The position numbers and the translations under genes were made by a program. A stretch of DNA of 63,388 nt, the filler included, from Octopus bimaculoides (lineage: Eukaryota), in the NCBI RefSeq assembly GCF_001194135.2. It is 5 parts of 4 records of this genome, joined end to end, with 100 filler letters (N's around TTAATTAATTAA, not from the genome) between each part and the next. Parts side by side here need not be neighbours in the genome. Positions count along the whole stretch, not along the records: positions 14,171 to 35,674 come from NC_068985.1; positions 35,775 to 42,771 come from NC_069008.1; 3 more parts are not named here. One strand, given 5' to 3'. The notes beneath the pieces were generated by a model. That model did no database searches and was not told where the DNA came from. It saw only the letters and a list, made by a program, of their open reading frames with translations. This document shows positions 25,916-39,323 of this stretch, one piece after another. The first letter of the stretch is position 1, and every line of letters starts with the position of its first letter.

Positions 25916-25950
<35 letters not shown>

Positions 25951-26028
25951 ACCATTTGACGAAAACTCTCATAGTTTGGTGAGTATGGTGAAATGTGTCA
26001 GCAGACGAAGGTGTCATTGGTTTAATGA

Positions 26029-26480
26029 TCAAACTTCAAAATCACTGCCAAGAACTCTTGCATTTCCGAAGAACGATGATTTTCTAAATTTTTATTTGTA
26101 CCAATCTTATTGAGCCATGCTGGTAGTTGAATGATGATACTTCCAAACGCACCAATTGCTATCGGTATCACGTCCACTCGCTTCATTGCCCGCAAGCTGC
26201 GTATTTCAGATTTACAATAATCATAGTTGTTCAGTTCTTCTTCTTTCTATTTGAAACCCTTTTCACCGGGCCCTGCTTTGTCGACTATCAAGCAAGAAAT
26301 TTTGTCTATTTCTCATCACCATAACAATGTCAGACTTCCAATGACTGATGAGATGGTCACGTTGTATCCCATAGGATTTTACAGGTTTCATTCTTGGTAC
26401 CTGCTGCCGCGGTTTAGTAATACCACGTTTTTTCACGACGTAGGCCATAATTTCCACAGAGCTCCAAATGATCATTCTTA
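26029..26480 (-). mobile_element. R4/Dong-like (RLE-endonuclease) LINE 3' remnant
   Basis: Minus-strand pieces IQRDHLISHWKSDIVMV, PGEKGFK*KEEELNNYDYCKSEIRSLRAMKRVDVIPIAIGAFGSII…WLNKIG and RKSSFFGNARVL match the RLE C-terminus (PDIV…KE.EK…Y..L…V.PIVIGALG…LQK..LLGTARIL). Confidence 0.75.
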
Positions 26481-28840
26481 CTAATTCACTGTCCTCTAAC
26501 AGAATCTCGTTATTTTCAGGCTTAAATTAAAGATTTGATTGTCTAAGCCCGAACGAAACGTGCTGCTGTTAGAGGTCCTCGAAATTTTAAATCGCATGGA
26601 GCCAAAATCAAACTGTTTTAAATAGTACATGTAACTTGTACTAAATGAATATTCTTTCGTTTTCTCACTCGGTCGTATACACACACACACACGCACGCAC
26701 ACTCACACACACACAGAAGCACATTTATACACACAGAAGCACATCCACACACACACATACACACTCATGCATATAGATAAAAACAGTGATAGAATAAGAC
26801 AGGGAATGTACGGAGAAATGAATACTAATAAATATAAAGAAAATCCGTTGGAAAACTGATTATAACAGCGACTCCATCAATTCCTAGGGATATCTGAAGA
26901 AGGAATTTTCCGAAATATCATATCAGACTATGGATGATTAAATTACAACAGTTATTAGAGTCCATTGTTTGTATTATAAAGCATTGTTGTATCATTCAAA
27001 ACATTTTATTCTTTACAAACAATACACAATGCTTCAAGAGAACTACAATACTCTCGTAATAAATATAATACAAAGCATTATCTGTTTTATTCATATATCT
27101 GTTTCGCTGGAGACGATTGCCTTTTGATGTGACAGATACGCTGTTAAAATATTCCGCGCTACAAGTCCTCTCAGCCTCAATATATCTGGAACTGCATTTA
27201 AAATATGCATTTTTGATATTTTCAAGTCGGTGACATCTGATGCCAGCGTATTTGGTTTCAATCTATTAGTTTGCAGCAAGATGGTGACGATATCGTTTGT
27301 CCATATAAAAATATTTATCTTCTGATATAGTTATGCAAATGAATGTTTATACATGCATTCGCGACTCTCATGATTACTGTTTCTAGATACGGAGCAGAAT
27401 TGAAATATCATCTACAGTATTTTTGAATATTTTCTGTTTTGTTTCATTTTAATTAATTCAATCAGTGAACTGCGACTGAAACGGACCCCCTCCTTCATGA
27501 AATTTAGATGAATATATTAAGCCCAGAATTTGGTTTCGTACGACCTCGTGCTTATGTATATACAAATATTTACTTCTGAACGTAAAGAAACCAACGCATG
27601 ATTTCAGTTGATTAGAAAGGAACACAGAGGGAGATAATTCTTTGCAAAGTGAGTTTCTTAAACACACAGCCAAGTCGTGTATTCAGTGATATTTTCGTTC
27701 CTTTCTGGTTGCCCTCAATTAACAGCAGTCAATGAATATTATTATGAGATGACAAATTGAATTAGTCAGACATGTAAGGAGAAATCTATCAGTTGAACAC
27801 GAACTGAAATATGAATTTGAATTTGCTCCAAGTTAAACTTTCAAAAAAGCATGATGATGTACCAACATACGAATGCACACACAGAGACACAAACACACAC
27901 ATACACACATACGCACGCACACACATTCTCACAAACAAAAAGGTGCGTATGTATACATATATACATATACATATACACCTATATTTACACACAGACTACA
28001 CATACACACACATGTATATATACATACATACATACATATATATATATATGTACATATATATATATATATATGTACATATATATATATATNNNNNNNNNNN
28101 NNNNNNNNNNNNNNNNNNNNNNNNNNNNNNNNNNNNNNNNNNNNNNNNNNNNNNNNNNNNNNNNNNNNNNNNNNNNNNNNNNNNNNNNNNNNNNNNNNNN
28201 NNNNNNNNNNNNNNNNNNNNNNNNNNNNNNNNNNNNNNNNNNNNNNNNNNNNNNNNNNNNNNNNNNNNNNNNNNNNNNNNNNNNNNNNNNNNNNNNNNNN
28301 NNNNNNNNNNNNNNNNNNNNNNNNNNNNNNNNNNNNNNNNNNNNNNNNNNNNNNNNNNNNNNNNNNNNNNNNNNNNNNNNNNNNNNNNNNNNNNNNNNNN
28401 NNNNNNNNNNNNNNNNNNNNNNNNNNNNNNNNNNNNNNNNNNNNNNNNNNNNNNNNNNNNNNNNNNNNNNNNNNNNNNNNNNNNNNNNNNNNNNNNNNNN
28501 NNNNNNNNNNNNNNNNNNNNNNNNNNNNNNNNNNNNNNNNNNNNNNNNNNNNNNNNNNNNNNNNNNNNNNNNNNNNNNNNNNNNNNNNNNNNNNNNNNNN
28601 NNNNNNNNNNNNNNNNNNNNNNNNNNNNNNNNNNNNNNNNNNNNNNNNNNNNNNNNNNNNNNNNNNNNNNNNNNNNNNNNNNNNNNNNNNNNNNNNNNNN
28701 NNNNNNNNNNNNNNNNNNNNNNNNNNNNNNNNNNNNNNNNNNNNNNNNNNNNNNNNNNNNNNNNNNNNNNNNNNNATATTTATCTTATGATATTTACTTT
28801 GCTTTATATTATACTCATTTATCGTGCTTTTAATTTTTAA

Positions 28841-29015
28841 TTTTTCTATATGTGATAATGGATTTTCATCGATGAGTTCTTGAAACTTGGTTATTTTCCC
28901 TAAAACTATATATTTTATATATATTTTATCTATAAAGCTCAATTTAATTTTAATTTCTTATAAATTGATTTTGAGTTTTCACCTGTAATTTTGGATTCTG
29001 TCCCTAATATTATCA
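28841..29015. repeat. Unclassified AT-rich dispersed repeat, second copy at 55435-55647
   Basis: GGATTTTCATCGATGAGTTC…TTCCCTAAAACTATAT…GTAATTTTGGATT matches the reverse complement of 55435-55597. Confidence 0.75.
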
Positions 29016-29169
29016 TATATATATATGTATATACAGTGGTGATTGCTACAGAAATCAAACGAAGGCAAATTTGGTTAAGACAATCTACTTACATACATTT
29101 AAGTATATGGATTTACGTGGACTAGTTTCTGCATTGGCATAATATGCCTTAGCATCTTCAGCAAGCATT

Positions 29170-29792
29170 ACCAGGAAAGCGATTCCCAAGCTATTCTTCC
29201 GAAATCTGTGCCGCTACATTCATTCTCTGCGAGAGATTAGGCTCGGAAGGTTTGTAAAGAAACCATTGCCCCGATTTGCTGACGTCTCTGATGGCACGCA
29301 AGTGTTGATGTATGTTTTATTGACCATATTCAATTTTCTTTGCTTGTGCCTCAACAGTAATGTTGCGATTTCTTTTCCACCAGGGTTTGCAGGACGGACT
29401 CGTCGAGTTCTACAGACCTTCCAGGACGAAGCTCGAGTTGTATGCTGTAGTTTCCGCCTCGGAATATCTGAAACCACAGTTGACACTGACTTACGCTTAT
29501 TGTCCAATCTCCATATACTGCATAACTATTCCTCGTACATTCCGTTGCCTTGTTGCCTTCATTGAAGACAAAGCAAAATATGCCGAATATGCTTCTTTGT
29601 CACATCCATTAATGTTTTCACAATATAACTGTTAAAGTCGAACTGCGCTCTTCAAAATTGCGCCAAGGTAAAATGTCTACCATCTTCTAGGGCAAGTTGA
29701 TGCAGGTAGGTCATCCCGTTTCCTTCCAACTTTTATTTCATGTAATTGAATTGAAAAAAAGTCACATTATTTAAGGGATGATGCAACATGTA
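29170..29792 (-). mobile_element. mariner transposase 5' remnant with TIR-like end
   Basis: From the ATG at 29609 with frameshifts: MDVTKKHIRHILL…NEGNKATECTRNSYAVYGDWTISVSQCQLWFQIFRGGNYS…RPGRSVELDESVLQTLVEK…IHQHLRAI…SKSGQW, a mariner HTH region. Degenerate TIR CCCTTAAATAATGTGAC near 29760-29790. Confidence 0.75.
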
Positions 29793-30218
29793 TATGTGTG
29801 TATGTATATATATAACCACTTTATGTGAAGTGATAAACAAAAGCCAAATCTAAATGAATCCAAAGTAAATAAGATATTCTTAGAGAACATAATATATTCG
29901 CTTTACAAGTTCATAAACACGGGGAAAATGTAGCATACCACTGTCATATTATTAGATTCCCCCTGAATATAATAGAATTTAGTGAAGCTTTTATATATCT
30001 ATAGAGTGGTGTATTTTTTTCTGACAGTTTCAATAAGCCTCGGAGGGAAACCTCCAAGACAAAGTCAAAATGTATCAATAATTTATGTCACTTTATTTGT
30101 AATTTGTCACTCTACTCCGGTCTGAAGTACTTTTGGCAGTAAATAATTGTTATTTATCGCATAACAACTTTTTCCCATGGCTATTCTATCTCTCCACCTA
30201 TCGTTCAATGATGTATAC

Positions 30219-30250
<32 letters not shown>

Positions 30251-32599
30251 GTATATAAATATATCTATATCTATATATACATGTATGTATTTATGTATGC
30301 ATGCATGTATGTATGTGTATGCTTGTGTGTGATTGTGTATAAGTAATGTAATGTTCTCTGTATTTCCTACGGCCTTTAAACAATTTATAATGCCTCTTTC
30401 TTGTATGATAATTCTTTCTTCAATTATTTACTTTGTGCTGAAAAAAAAAACTGTCTTCAGTGTTATATTAGCTGTTTGTACTGTAATCTCATTAGCAATG
30501 CAACATGATTATTTATGCATTAAGATCATTATTGCATTCAGAATGTAATTTCCGGCAATTTCAATAGGAGAAATATACATAGTAGTATGTATACATACGC
30601 AACTGCATATATACACAAAATATAAACGCATACATGCATGCACACACGCCCACACGTACACACACACACACACACACACACAGACACACACACACACCAT
30701 ACTTTTGTACATATGCGTTGTATTTGTGTATGTATAACAGTATATATCATTGTAACATTTAAAATTTAAATTATGTTCATGTGACAATATCTTTGTAGAC
30801 TTAGAAAATTTTCAAAACATTCTGTCTTCAGAGCTTGTGAAAATTCTTCGATTTAATATTTTGTAATTAAATTCATGTATATTTTTCTTCAGCAATATGT
30901 TTCCAGTCTCTTTATATGATCACTACGCAAAACTTTGTGTAAATAGTCGTTCTATCTAACCAGATTTCCTCGCCTAGTATTAGGCCACAGTTATCCGTTA
31001 GGGGCTGTGTCCCCACAACTCAAATTTCTTCACAACTCAAATTTCTAAAGGGCGGAAGGAGCTTTAACGCTGACGGTCAAAATTACAACTAGCATCAAAT
31101 AACAATCCAAAGCAAAAGTGACAACACGTTGTGTGGAATTCTGGAATAACTGGCCAACAAATGCACATTCATTTGCATATAATCTGAAATTGAAAATGTG
31201 CTGGAAGGTGAAACTGCCGCTTATGAGTTCGTATCTACGACAATGTATATGTAGGTGTGTATCTTTGTTTGTGTGTGCGTGTATGTATGTGGGATATGTG
31301 TGTATATTCTGTGCATGCGTGTTTACAATTAATAGTTTACAATATATATCTTACAATTACTGAAGGGTTCATGCGTCACAACTTCGGATTTATTGAAAAA
31401 TATTTACTTCAAAATATCCGGACTTCATACGTCATATTACGTTAATATGTGGCTCTTATATTTATTCCTAATATTGTCATAATAGAATGATATCATATCT
31501 GAATAAAATATTTATATAAACCTACCATTACATAATAAACATATGCAATAATATTCTGCAATAGCGAAGGGAAGGTTCTCAGAATTTAAGGTAGCCATCA
31601 TCATAATACCCAAGCATGTAGAAAACTGCACAACCTACGCAGGACAGAACAATATACAATGATTGTATAATCAGTAATCAAAACACATACGCTATTCAAT
31701 ATGAACAAAATATTTATTGATTTTAAATCGCTGAGCACAAACCTATTTCGAAATGTGCAGCCCATGTGACAAACCTACTGCCAGACTTCATTTAGCATTT
31801 AGCATATAAATCAAAAGATCAAAAGGTACACAGCAATGTTTACAATATTCTTAATGGGAATGCGGTAAACATATTACCGAAACAGCTTTTAATGTACAGC
31901 TATATTTACGAGAGTGATGCCAGAAGCTCTGAAGTGTAATGTAGTAATAATAGGAGATGACTTAACTGTCAGCCATTGTCGCAGAAATATTGACTGTCGC
32001 TGGACACCACTTCTTTATTGGCGGTTGCATTAAATGAAAGAAATATGTCATTTTAGCCATAAGCTGTTTTACTGCAACTAATTGTTAATGTTGTATAATG
32101 TTCCGGAAAACATTAAACAAGAGAAAGTGTTTGAGAATCGGTCTGTTACTTATAAAACCAAAGAATATTGTGAAATTAAAATCAACGTCCATTTAATGAA
32201 TCTAAATGTTTTGAATATCATGAACTACATTGCCTTAGTGTAGTATGGGGACACACAGCGGAGAGAAGTAGTTTTGTGAATTTACATTTTATTGGAAGAG
32301 AAATTTCAAACGACTCTTATATTGCCTGTGAAATCATTTCTTTTGGCTAGACAAATCATAAGCTAACAGTTGAATAATTTCATTATGACACTAAATATAT
32401 AGTGAATTTATGTCAAGAGGTGTAGCCACCTGCAAAACATCTATTACTTTATTCTGTTTCAGGTTTGAACGATTTCTCTATTCAAATTCAGACAACTTAT
32501 CACTGGGCTGAAGAAGCAAGACAAAATTCACACGCGCACGCGCACATACTTAGTCTTAAGCGGCGATTATATATATATATATATATATATATAAAAGTT

Positions 32600-32770
32600 C
32601 AAAAAAACAATAACAAAAAAACAACAAAGTGAGGACGTGATATGGATAGTGTTATTGGACGCTCAGGAAAGGAAAGAGAGAGTGTATGACGTTTCGGGCG
32701 TAGCCCTTCGTCAGAAAGATGGAAAGTTCGGAGAATGGAAGAATGGAGAAAGAGGAAAATGGTACCGATG
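32600..32770 (-). mobile_element. Hammerhead-bearing short repeat (probable PLE pLTR fragment), copy 1
   Basis: Minus strand: CTGACGA-A-GGGC-TAC-GCCC-GAAACGTC followed by …CCTGAGCGTCCAATAACACTATCCATATCACGTCCTC, which is shared with 51362-51500. Confidence 0.7.
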
Positions 32771-32876
32771 CCCACGAGGTTATATATATNNNNNNNNNNN
32801 NNNNNNNNNNNNNNNNNNNNNNNNNNNNNNNNNNNNNNNNNNNNNNNNNNNNNNNNNNNNNNNNNNNNNNNNNNNN

Positions 32877-32908
<32 letters not shown>

Positions 32909-33299
32909 TGAGGAGGGTATTGGATTTAACCAAACCCAAAAGGATACAGGTAATACCGAGTAAGTGCTGTATACGGAATAGCGCAGAGGTGGGTGTGTGG
33001 CAAGACGTTTGCTTCGCAACCAGTTGTGAGTAGATTTTCTAGACAAAAAAATATATATATGAGTCTGTGTCCTTGTTTATTCCGCCCTACCATCACTTGA
33101 CACTTCAATTCCCACCATCGATACAGTGAAAAGAGGGAAAATACGAAAACTAAAAGAAACAGCACATATGGTGGAATACAACAACGACATAAGCAGACCG
33201 AGTGCAGATATGAGTAGCATATAGGAACCGGTATTAAGGAAGGATAAGAAAATATAAGATTTATAAACCCCAAAATTCACTCCATAGTTGCCTATGGGC

Positions 33300-33430
33300 A
33301 TATGGCGTAGTGGTTAAGAGCGTGAGCTACTAAACTCAAGATTCCGAGTTCGTTTCTAAACAGTGACCTTCATATTAATAATAATAACAATAATAATAAT
33401 GACATCGAAAAATACCTTAGAGAACTCAGG
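33300..33430 (+). mobile_element. tRNA-headed SINE fragment
   Basis: TGGCGTAGTGGTTAAGAGC (A box) … GAGTTCGTTTC (B-box-like), then an (AAT)n tract. Confidence 0.55.
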
Positions 33431-33439
33431 ATCGAAATT

Positions 33440-33890
33440 TCTCCTCCGCACCTAATGTCTTGCGTTATTCTCCTTCTTGTACTTCTTGCTTTGTTTTCTC
33501 TTTCTTCCTGTTCTCAACACTTCCTCGTTGCTAACTGTTCCTTTCAAGGTTTCCTTACTTTGGGGTACGTGTCGCATTAAGCTATCGAGTTCTATACGCA
33601 GTCTTACAATCTTATCAGTACCTTCTTCCATTTTCTCTCTTCATGCATAGGCGATCGGTGTCTGCATCTGGTGATGGGCCCCGTGCCACATTAAGAGCTC
33701 TCTCGACTATCCATCCATCTCATTTGGAATTTGCTCTCTCCACTTCAGGATACCGGTGCCGTACTGAACTACTGCGACTCCCAGCGAGTTTATTGCTGAA
33801 ATTATGCTTCTAGCATTTAGCTTTGTAGTCAATACTTTTCTCACTCCCCGCAAGTACTCTCTGTTTGTCTTTTTCTTCATGTCGTTGTGT
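33440..33890 (-). mobile_element. R4/Dong-like LINE, RT-thumb remnant
   Basis: EYLRGVRKVLTTKLNARSIISAINSLGVAVVQYGTGILKW matches the R4-clade pattern EY.RRVRK.L.SKLN..N.I.AIN..AV….Y..GI..W. Confidence 0.7.
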
Positions 33891-34098
33891 TTGATTCCAT
33901 CTCCCTCAATAACAATAATAATTATTATTATTATATTTGTATTGTTGTTGTGTTTGTCATTAATGCTATTCGATTCTCTGAAAATAATTTTTGAAAAGGC
34001 TAAAAGACAAGGTGAAAATGCTAATTTGCAAAACGTGACATATAAATAAAAATCTGTAAATATACAATCATCCATACATCTAAGTACCCGATTATTAT

Positions 34099-34134
<36 letters not shown>

Positions 34135-35637
34135 NNNNNNNNNNNNNNNNNNNNNNNNNNNNNNNNNNNNNNNNNNNNNNNNNNNNNNNNNNNNNNNNNN
34201 NNNNNNNNNNNNNNNNNNNNNNNNNNNNNNNNNNNNNNNNNNNNNNNNNNNNNNNNNNNNNNNNNNNNNNNNNNNNNNNNNNNNNNNNNNNNNNNNNNNN
34301 NNNNNNNNNNNNNNNNNNNNNNNNNNNNNNNNNNNNNNNNNNNNNNNNNNNNNNNNNTATACATATATATATATATGTATATGCGGCCAGAATTGAACCA
34401 CGCCATGCCAAACTGAATAGCACCACCTGCAAAACACATATAAAGTTTTTTTCATATTGCTGTCATTCTTTGATACGATCGCCCTTTTGATAAAAAAAAC
34501 TTATTGTTTGCAGAGCTACAGCCGGATGTAGGCGGTTTATCGTTAATTTGATGGGGATATTCATCCAGGAATCCTTTGAATGCTACAAGAGTTCTTTATT
34601 ATCTTTTGTGTCCTGGTATGATGTTAAAGAGGGATGGGCCAGTTAAGGCCTTAATGTTGTAATGTGTGTGCGTGTGTGATGTTCGTAGAAACCGGATGAT
34701 ACTGAGACCAAATCTTAGGTGAATCTCAGAGTTTGTACCATCATCATTTGGATAATACTTTTGAAATATATGCCACATCATACAAATTAAATAGTATTTG
34801 CGGTGGAGCTCGAGGGTATAAAGTTTGATTTTATGTAGACGATATCAATAATTATATCCTGTGATGTCTATTTTCCTTGCGTTTGTGTGCGCGCGCAATA
34901 TATTATATGCATACATAATTTCAAAACATTTATACAACCACCACACACAGATCTCTCTCTCTCTCTATGTATGTATGTATGTATGTATGTATGTATGTAT
35001 GTATCTATCTATTTATTTGCGTGCGTATGTTTGTATATATGTATACGTACACGTAGTTATTAATAACGAACGCAACAGTCATCCTATTTCAGGGCCTGCC
35101 TATGACTATTCGTGTACAAAATATTGAAATGCAAGCAGATATGATATCACAGTCGAATTTATTTATACATTTCCATATGCATAACAAGTGGAAATATAGA
35201 CAAAATTTCAGATGACTTTTTATCTTCACTTCCTACGATTTGTTGTAATATAGTTTTATTCGTAGTGATAAATATAAAAATTAATCTCTGTTATATATTA
35301 AGAGGAATATCTAATTAGAGAAATGTACAAATGTCGACGTATTCTCCCTGTTTGCATATGAATATAATTAAATCAATATAATTCAATACACAACACCAAA
35401 GTAAGACTCACGAATACGCATGTACGTGTAAATATTCTTACAATTCAAAGTATATACGTGCGGGTGCACGTATATATATGTCGGCAATATTTCATATCAT
35501 ATTCCTGGAGCTACTCGTAAATTTGATGTATATATTTCATAATATACAGTACTAAAACGACAGTAATAGTATATACATACACATAATCATACATGCATAT
35601 ATGTATGTGTGTATATGGGTGTGTGCGTGTGTACAAT

Positions 35638-35673
<36 letters not shown>

Positions 35674-35674
35674 C

Positions 35675-35774
35675 NNNNNNNNNNNNNNNNNNNNNNNNNN
35701 NNNNNNNNNNNNNNNNNNTTAATTAATTAANNNNNNNNNNNNNNNNNNNNNNNNNNNNNNNNNNNNNNNNNNNN
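35675..35774. other. Artificial scaffolding spacer
   Basis: 44 N + TTAATTAATTAA (35719-35730) + 44 N. Confidence 0.95.
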
Positions 35775-35805
<31 letters not shown>

Positions 35806-36038
35806 TGCACACACTTATTTGACAAGACTTTCTCCCTAAAAGCAGAATAATTGGGGGCCACCTTAAAATCTAGTTCTTGTTGAAGTGTGGTGGCTCATGT
35901 GCCAAATGAACCAGAGAGCTATGCCAGTGGAGCAATATCTAATGATAGGGCCTCTCCTTGTTGGGCAGGTCAAATATATATGCCAGAATAATATGAACCA
36001 ATCCTTCCTAGAAGTAAGTAGTTTATGTAGGGCCAATA

Positions 36039-36433
36039 TTGTTGTTGTTGGCACTCCGTCGCTTACGACATCGAGGGTTCCAGTTGATCCGATCAACGGA
36101 ACAGCCTGCTCGTTGGAATTAACGTGCAAGTGGCTGAGCACTCCACAGACACGTGTACCCTTAACGTAGTTCTCGGGGATATTCAGCGTGACACAGAGTG
36201 TGACAAGGCTGACCCCTTTGAATTACAGGTACAACAGAAACAGGAAGAAAGAGTGAGGGAATGTTGTGGTGAAAGAGTACAGCAGGGTTCGTCACCCTCC
36301 CCTGCCGGAGCCTCGTGGAGCTTTTTAGGTGTTTTCGCTCAATAAACACTCACAACGCCTGGTCTGGGAATCGAAACCGCGATTCTATGACCGCAAGTCT
36401 GCTGCCCTAACCACTGGGCCATTGCGCCTCCAC
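36039..36433 (-). mobile_element. Young tRNA-derived SINE (family D)
   Basis: Minus strand: GTGGAGGCGCAATGGCCCAGTGG (A box) … GGTTTCGATTCCC (B box), with a (CAA)n tail. CpGs are intact. Confidence 0.85.
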
Positions 36434-36662
36434 TGTTNNNNNNNNNNNNNNNNNNNNNNNNNNNNNNNNNNNNNNNNNNNNNNNNNNNNNNNNNNNNNNN
36501 NNNNNNNNNNNNNNNNNNNNNNNNNNNNNNNNNNNNNNNNNNNNNNNNNNNNNNNNNNNNNNNNNNNNNNNNNNNNNNNNNNNNNNNNNNNNNNNNNNNN
36601 NNNNNNNNNNNNNNNNNNNNNNNNNNNNNNNNNNNNNNNNNNNNNNNNNNNNNNNNNNNNNN

Positions 36663-37033
36663 GACATCGAGGGTTCCAGTTGATCCGATCAACGGAACAG
36701 CCTGCTCGTTGGAATTAACGTGCAAGTGGCTGAGCACTCCACAGACACGTGTACCCTTAACGTAGTTCTCGGGGATATTCAGCGTGACACAGAGTGTGAC
36801 AAGGCTGACCCCTTTGAATTACAGGTACAACAGAAACAGGAAGAAAGAGTGAGGGAATGTTGTGGTGAAAGAGTACAGCAGGGTTCGTCACCCTCCCCTG
36901 CCGGAGCCTCGTGGAGCTTTTTAGGTGTTTTCGCTCAATAAACACTCACAACGCCTGGTCTGGGAATCGAAACCGCGATTCTATGACCGCAAGTCTGCTG
37001 CCCTAACCACTGGGCCATTGCGCCTCCACTGTT
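36663..37033 (-). repeat. Apparently identical copy of 36067-36437 across an N gap
   Basis: 371 bp at a constant offset of 596. The ORF track gives identical translations for both copies. Probably a contig-overlap artifact. Confidence 0.85.
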
Positions 37034-37497
37034 ACTAGTACAATGCATCCTTTTTCAACAGAATTTGAAGAAAAAATTCCAACAGTTCATAAAGCAACTG
37101 CACACACCATATGACACTTTAAATTCTCACTGTCTTAGTGAAACGGTGGCGCTTATGATGGATAACTGTTTATTTAGTGAAATGCACTGTCACAGGAAAC
37201 TGATACACTGGATGAAATATTATATTTCCTAAAAATATTGGATTTCTTTTATTTATTTTCAAACAGCAAATAATAAAATAAATGGTGACGTGACGCCTGT
37301 GCCACTCGTACTTTTCCACTGCGATGACAAATGGGAACAGGACGCTTCACTTTGCAACCACGTGGTTTAGGGTTCAGTACCACAGCATGGCAAGCACCTT
37401 GGGCAAGAGTTTCCTACCATAGCTCTGGGCTGACCAATGCCATGTAAGTGAATCAGGTAGACGGAAACTGTGTAGAAGCCTATCGCGTATATACAGT

Positions 37498-37528
<31 letters not shown>

Positions 37529-38269
37529 CTGTGTGTGTATTCACTTCAATGTTTGCTATGCTTATGGCCCCATAACATAGGTTTGGCAAAGAGTACCTAA
37601 CTTTAAAAGGAATATTTACAGGGGCTAATTTGTTTGGCTATACCAGTGGTTCTCAACCAGTTTTCACCTATGGACCCCTTTTGATTCCTATTTTACATTG
37701 CAGCAATTCCAAAACCAAAGTGCAAAATGGCGAACTGTAACTTCCATTGTCCAGAATACAAAATGAACCTTCTGAACCATAGTAAGTGCGCTCAAGCAAA
37801 AAGAGTAAATCCACAAAAAAGGAGTTGATGTATGTCTAACGTTACCTAATCGGGGCCATAAAGTGTCCCCTTGGACAAATCAATGTAAGCTTAAATAATA
37901 AATGAAAAATGTCACATGTCGTGTCCACTGATTGGAGGACACTTAATAAATAAGGTTTTGTGTTGAGACAACTGGAGTTGTCTCAGTTATAACATCCACC
38001 TTTTCCATGCTTGCATTGGTTGGAGAGAATTTCTTAAGGCAGATTCTTTATAGTCAGATACCCTTTTTGCAACCAGAACTCACTCATTTCCAGGCAAGGT
38101 AATATGTTTTTTTCCCCACAGCCAGACACATTCTTGCAGAGTATTAGAAATGAATGATACTGCTTGTATGACAGTTAACAGTGACATTCATATCACAACC
38201 ATCACGTGATGTCAAGACAAGGAGACACAGACGTAAAGACACATGTGCATACGTAATTTACTCACTGGC

Positions 38270-38460
38270 ACTGTTTTGGTTATGACGTCGAGGATTCCAG
38301 TTGATCCGATCAATGGAACAGCCTGCTCGTGAAATTAACATGCAAGTGGCTGAGCACTCCACAGACACGTGTACCCTTAACGTAGTTCTCGGGGGAGATT
38401 CAGCGTGACACGGAATGTGACAAGGCTGGCCTTTTGAATTACAGGTACTACTCATTTTCA
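38270..38460 (-). mobile_element. SINE family D, 3' part
   Basis: GATTCCAGTTGATCCGATCAATGGAACAGCCTGCTCG…TTGAATTACAGGTAC matches 36075-36230. Confidence 0.8.
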
Positions 38461-38762
38461 ATCCACCAAAACCACTCACAAGGCTTTGGCCAACCTGGGG
38501 CTTATAGTAGAATGAATACTCTTGCCAAAAGTGTCACACAGTGGGACTGAGCCCTAACCCATGTGATCGGGAAGTAAACTTCTTAACGACATAGCCATAC
38601 TGGCATCATTCTCTAGTAGTTTCAAAAACAAAAAACAAAAATCAATGTTACAAATGTATCTTGGAGGGTTAGTATTCAATCTCTTGTTCATGTTCAACTT
38701 TCAGAGCACCTGCTGACAAAAATCTAAAAACCTTATATGGAGGGGAAAAAAAAAAAAGGTTT

Positions 38763-39323
38763 GGATCTTTTTTAAAACGGGGGCCACATTTTTCATTAAC
38801 GAAACACTTTGAAACTTGGATCACTGGTAGAATGTGTCATATAAAACATCTTTTTCTCTTAGTCTTCTTAAAAAAAAAAAGAAATCCATAAATTATTCCA
38901 TGTTAAAGTTGTCGTATTTCTGTAATTTCAACCAATCACTGACGTCCATTCAGCCGATATACATTAAGTGCCGACTACATAAACAAACGATTCTGAAACA
39001 ATTAACCCTAACCCTAACCCTAGGGTTAGAGTTAGGGTTAGGGTTAGGGTTAAAGCAAATTTAAAATGAAAAAAGCAAATAAAACGAAGAATCGTTTGTT
39101 TATGTAGTCGGCACTTAATGTATATCGGCTGAATGGACGTCAGTGATTGGTTGAAATTATCGAAATAAGACAATTTTTTACATGAAATAAATTCGAATAC
39201 AAAAATATTTTTCTGTTCTATAACACAAAATAGATAAGTATACGAAGTTTGAAAGTCTTTCGGTACCAAAAGCACTACGTAAAACATTAATGAAAAATGT
39301 GGCCCCCGTTTTAAAAAAGATCC
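38763..39323. mobile_element. Foldback MITE with 37-bp TIRs, 8-bp TSD and telomere-repeat core
   Basis: TIRs 38763-38799 and 39287-39323 are perfect (GGATCTTTTTT…). Direct repeat AAAGGTTT at 38755-38762 and 39324-39331. Inner arms 38923-38994 and 39088-39159 are perfect 72-bp inverted repeats. Confidence 0.9.
39002..39053. repeat. Interstitial inverted telomeric repeats (TAACCC)3-TA-(GGGTTA)5
   Basis: TTAACCCTAACCCTAACCCTAGGGTTAGAGTTAGGGTTAGGGTTAGGGTTAA (one unit is the variant GAGTTA). Confidence 0.9.

Noticed and set aside
27091-27300. Faint hAT dimerisation-domain resemblance on the minus strand (…AERTCSA…KGNRL)
   Set aside because: Too degenerate to support without an HMM search.
28860-28890. 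TCGATGAGTTCTTGAAAC as a hammerhead
   Set aside because: The core reads UCGAUGA rather than CUGANGA in both copies, and no stem II forms.
36067-37033. 371-bp apparently identical tandem duplication as a biological event
   Set aside because: The copies end and start exactly at an N gap inside a high-copy SINE, which is most simply an assembly overlap.
39002-39053. Ancient telomere-telomere fusion site
   Set aside because: A fusion reads TTAGGG then CCCTAA. Here the order is reversed, very short and centred in a TIR element.
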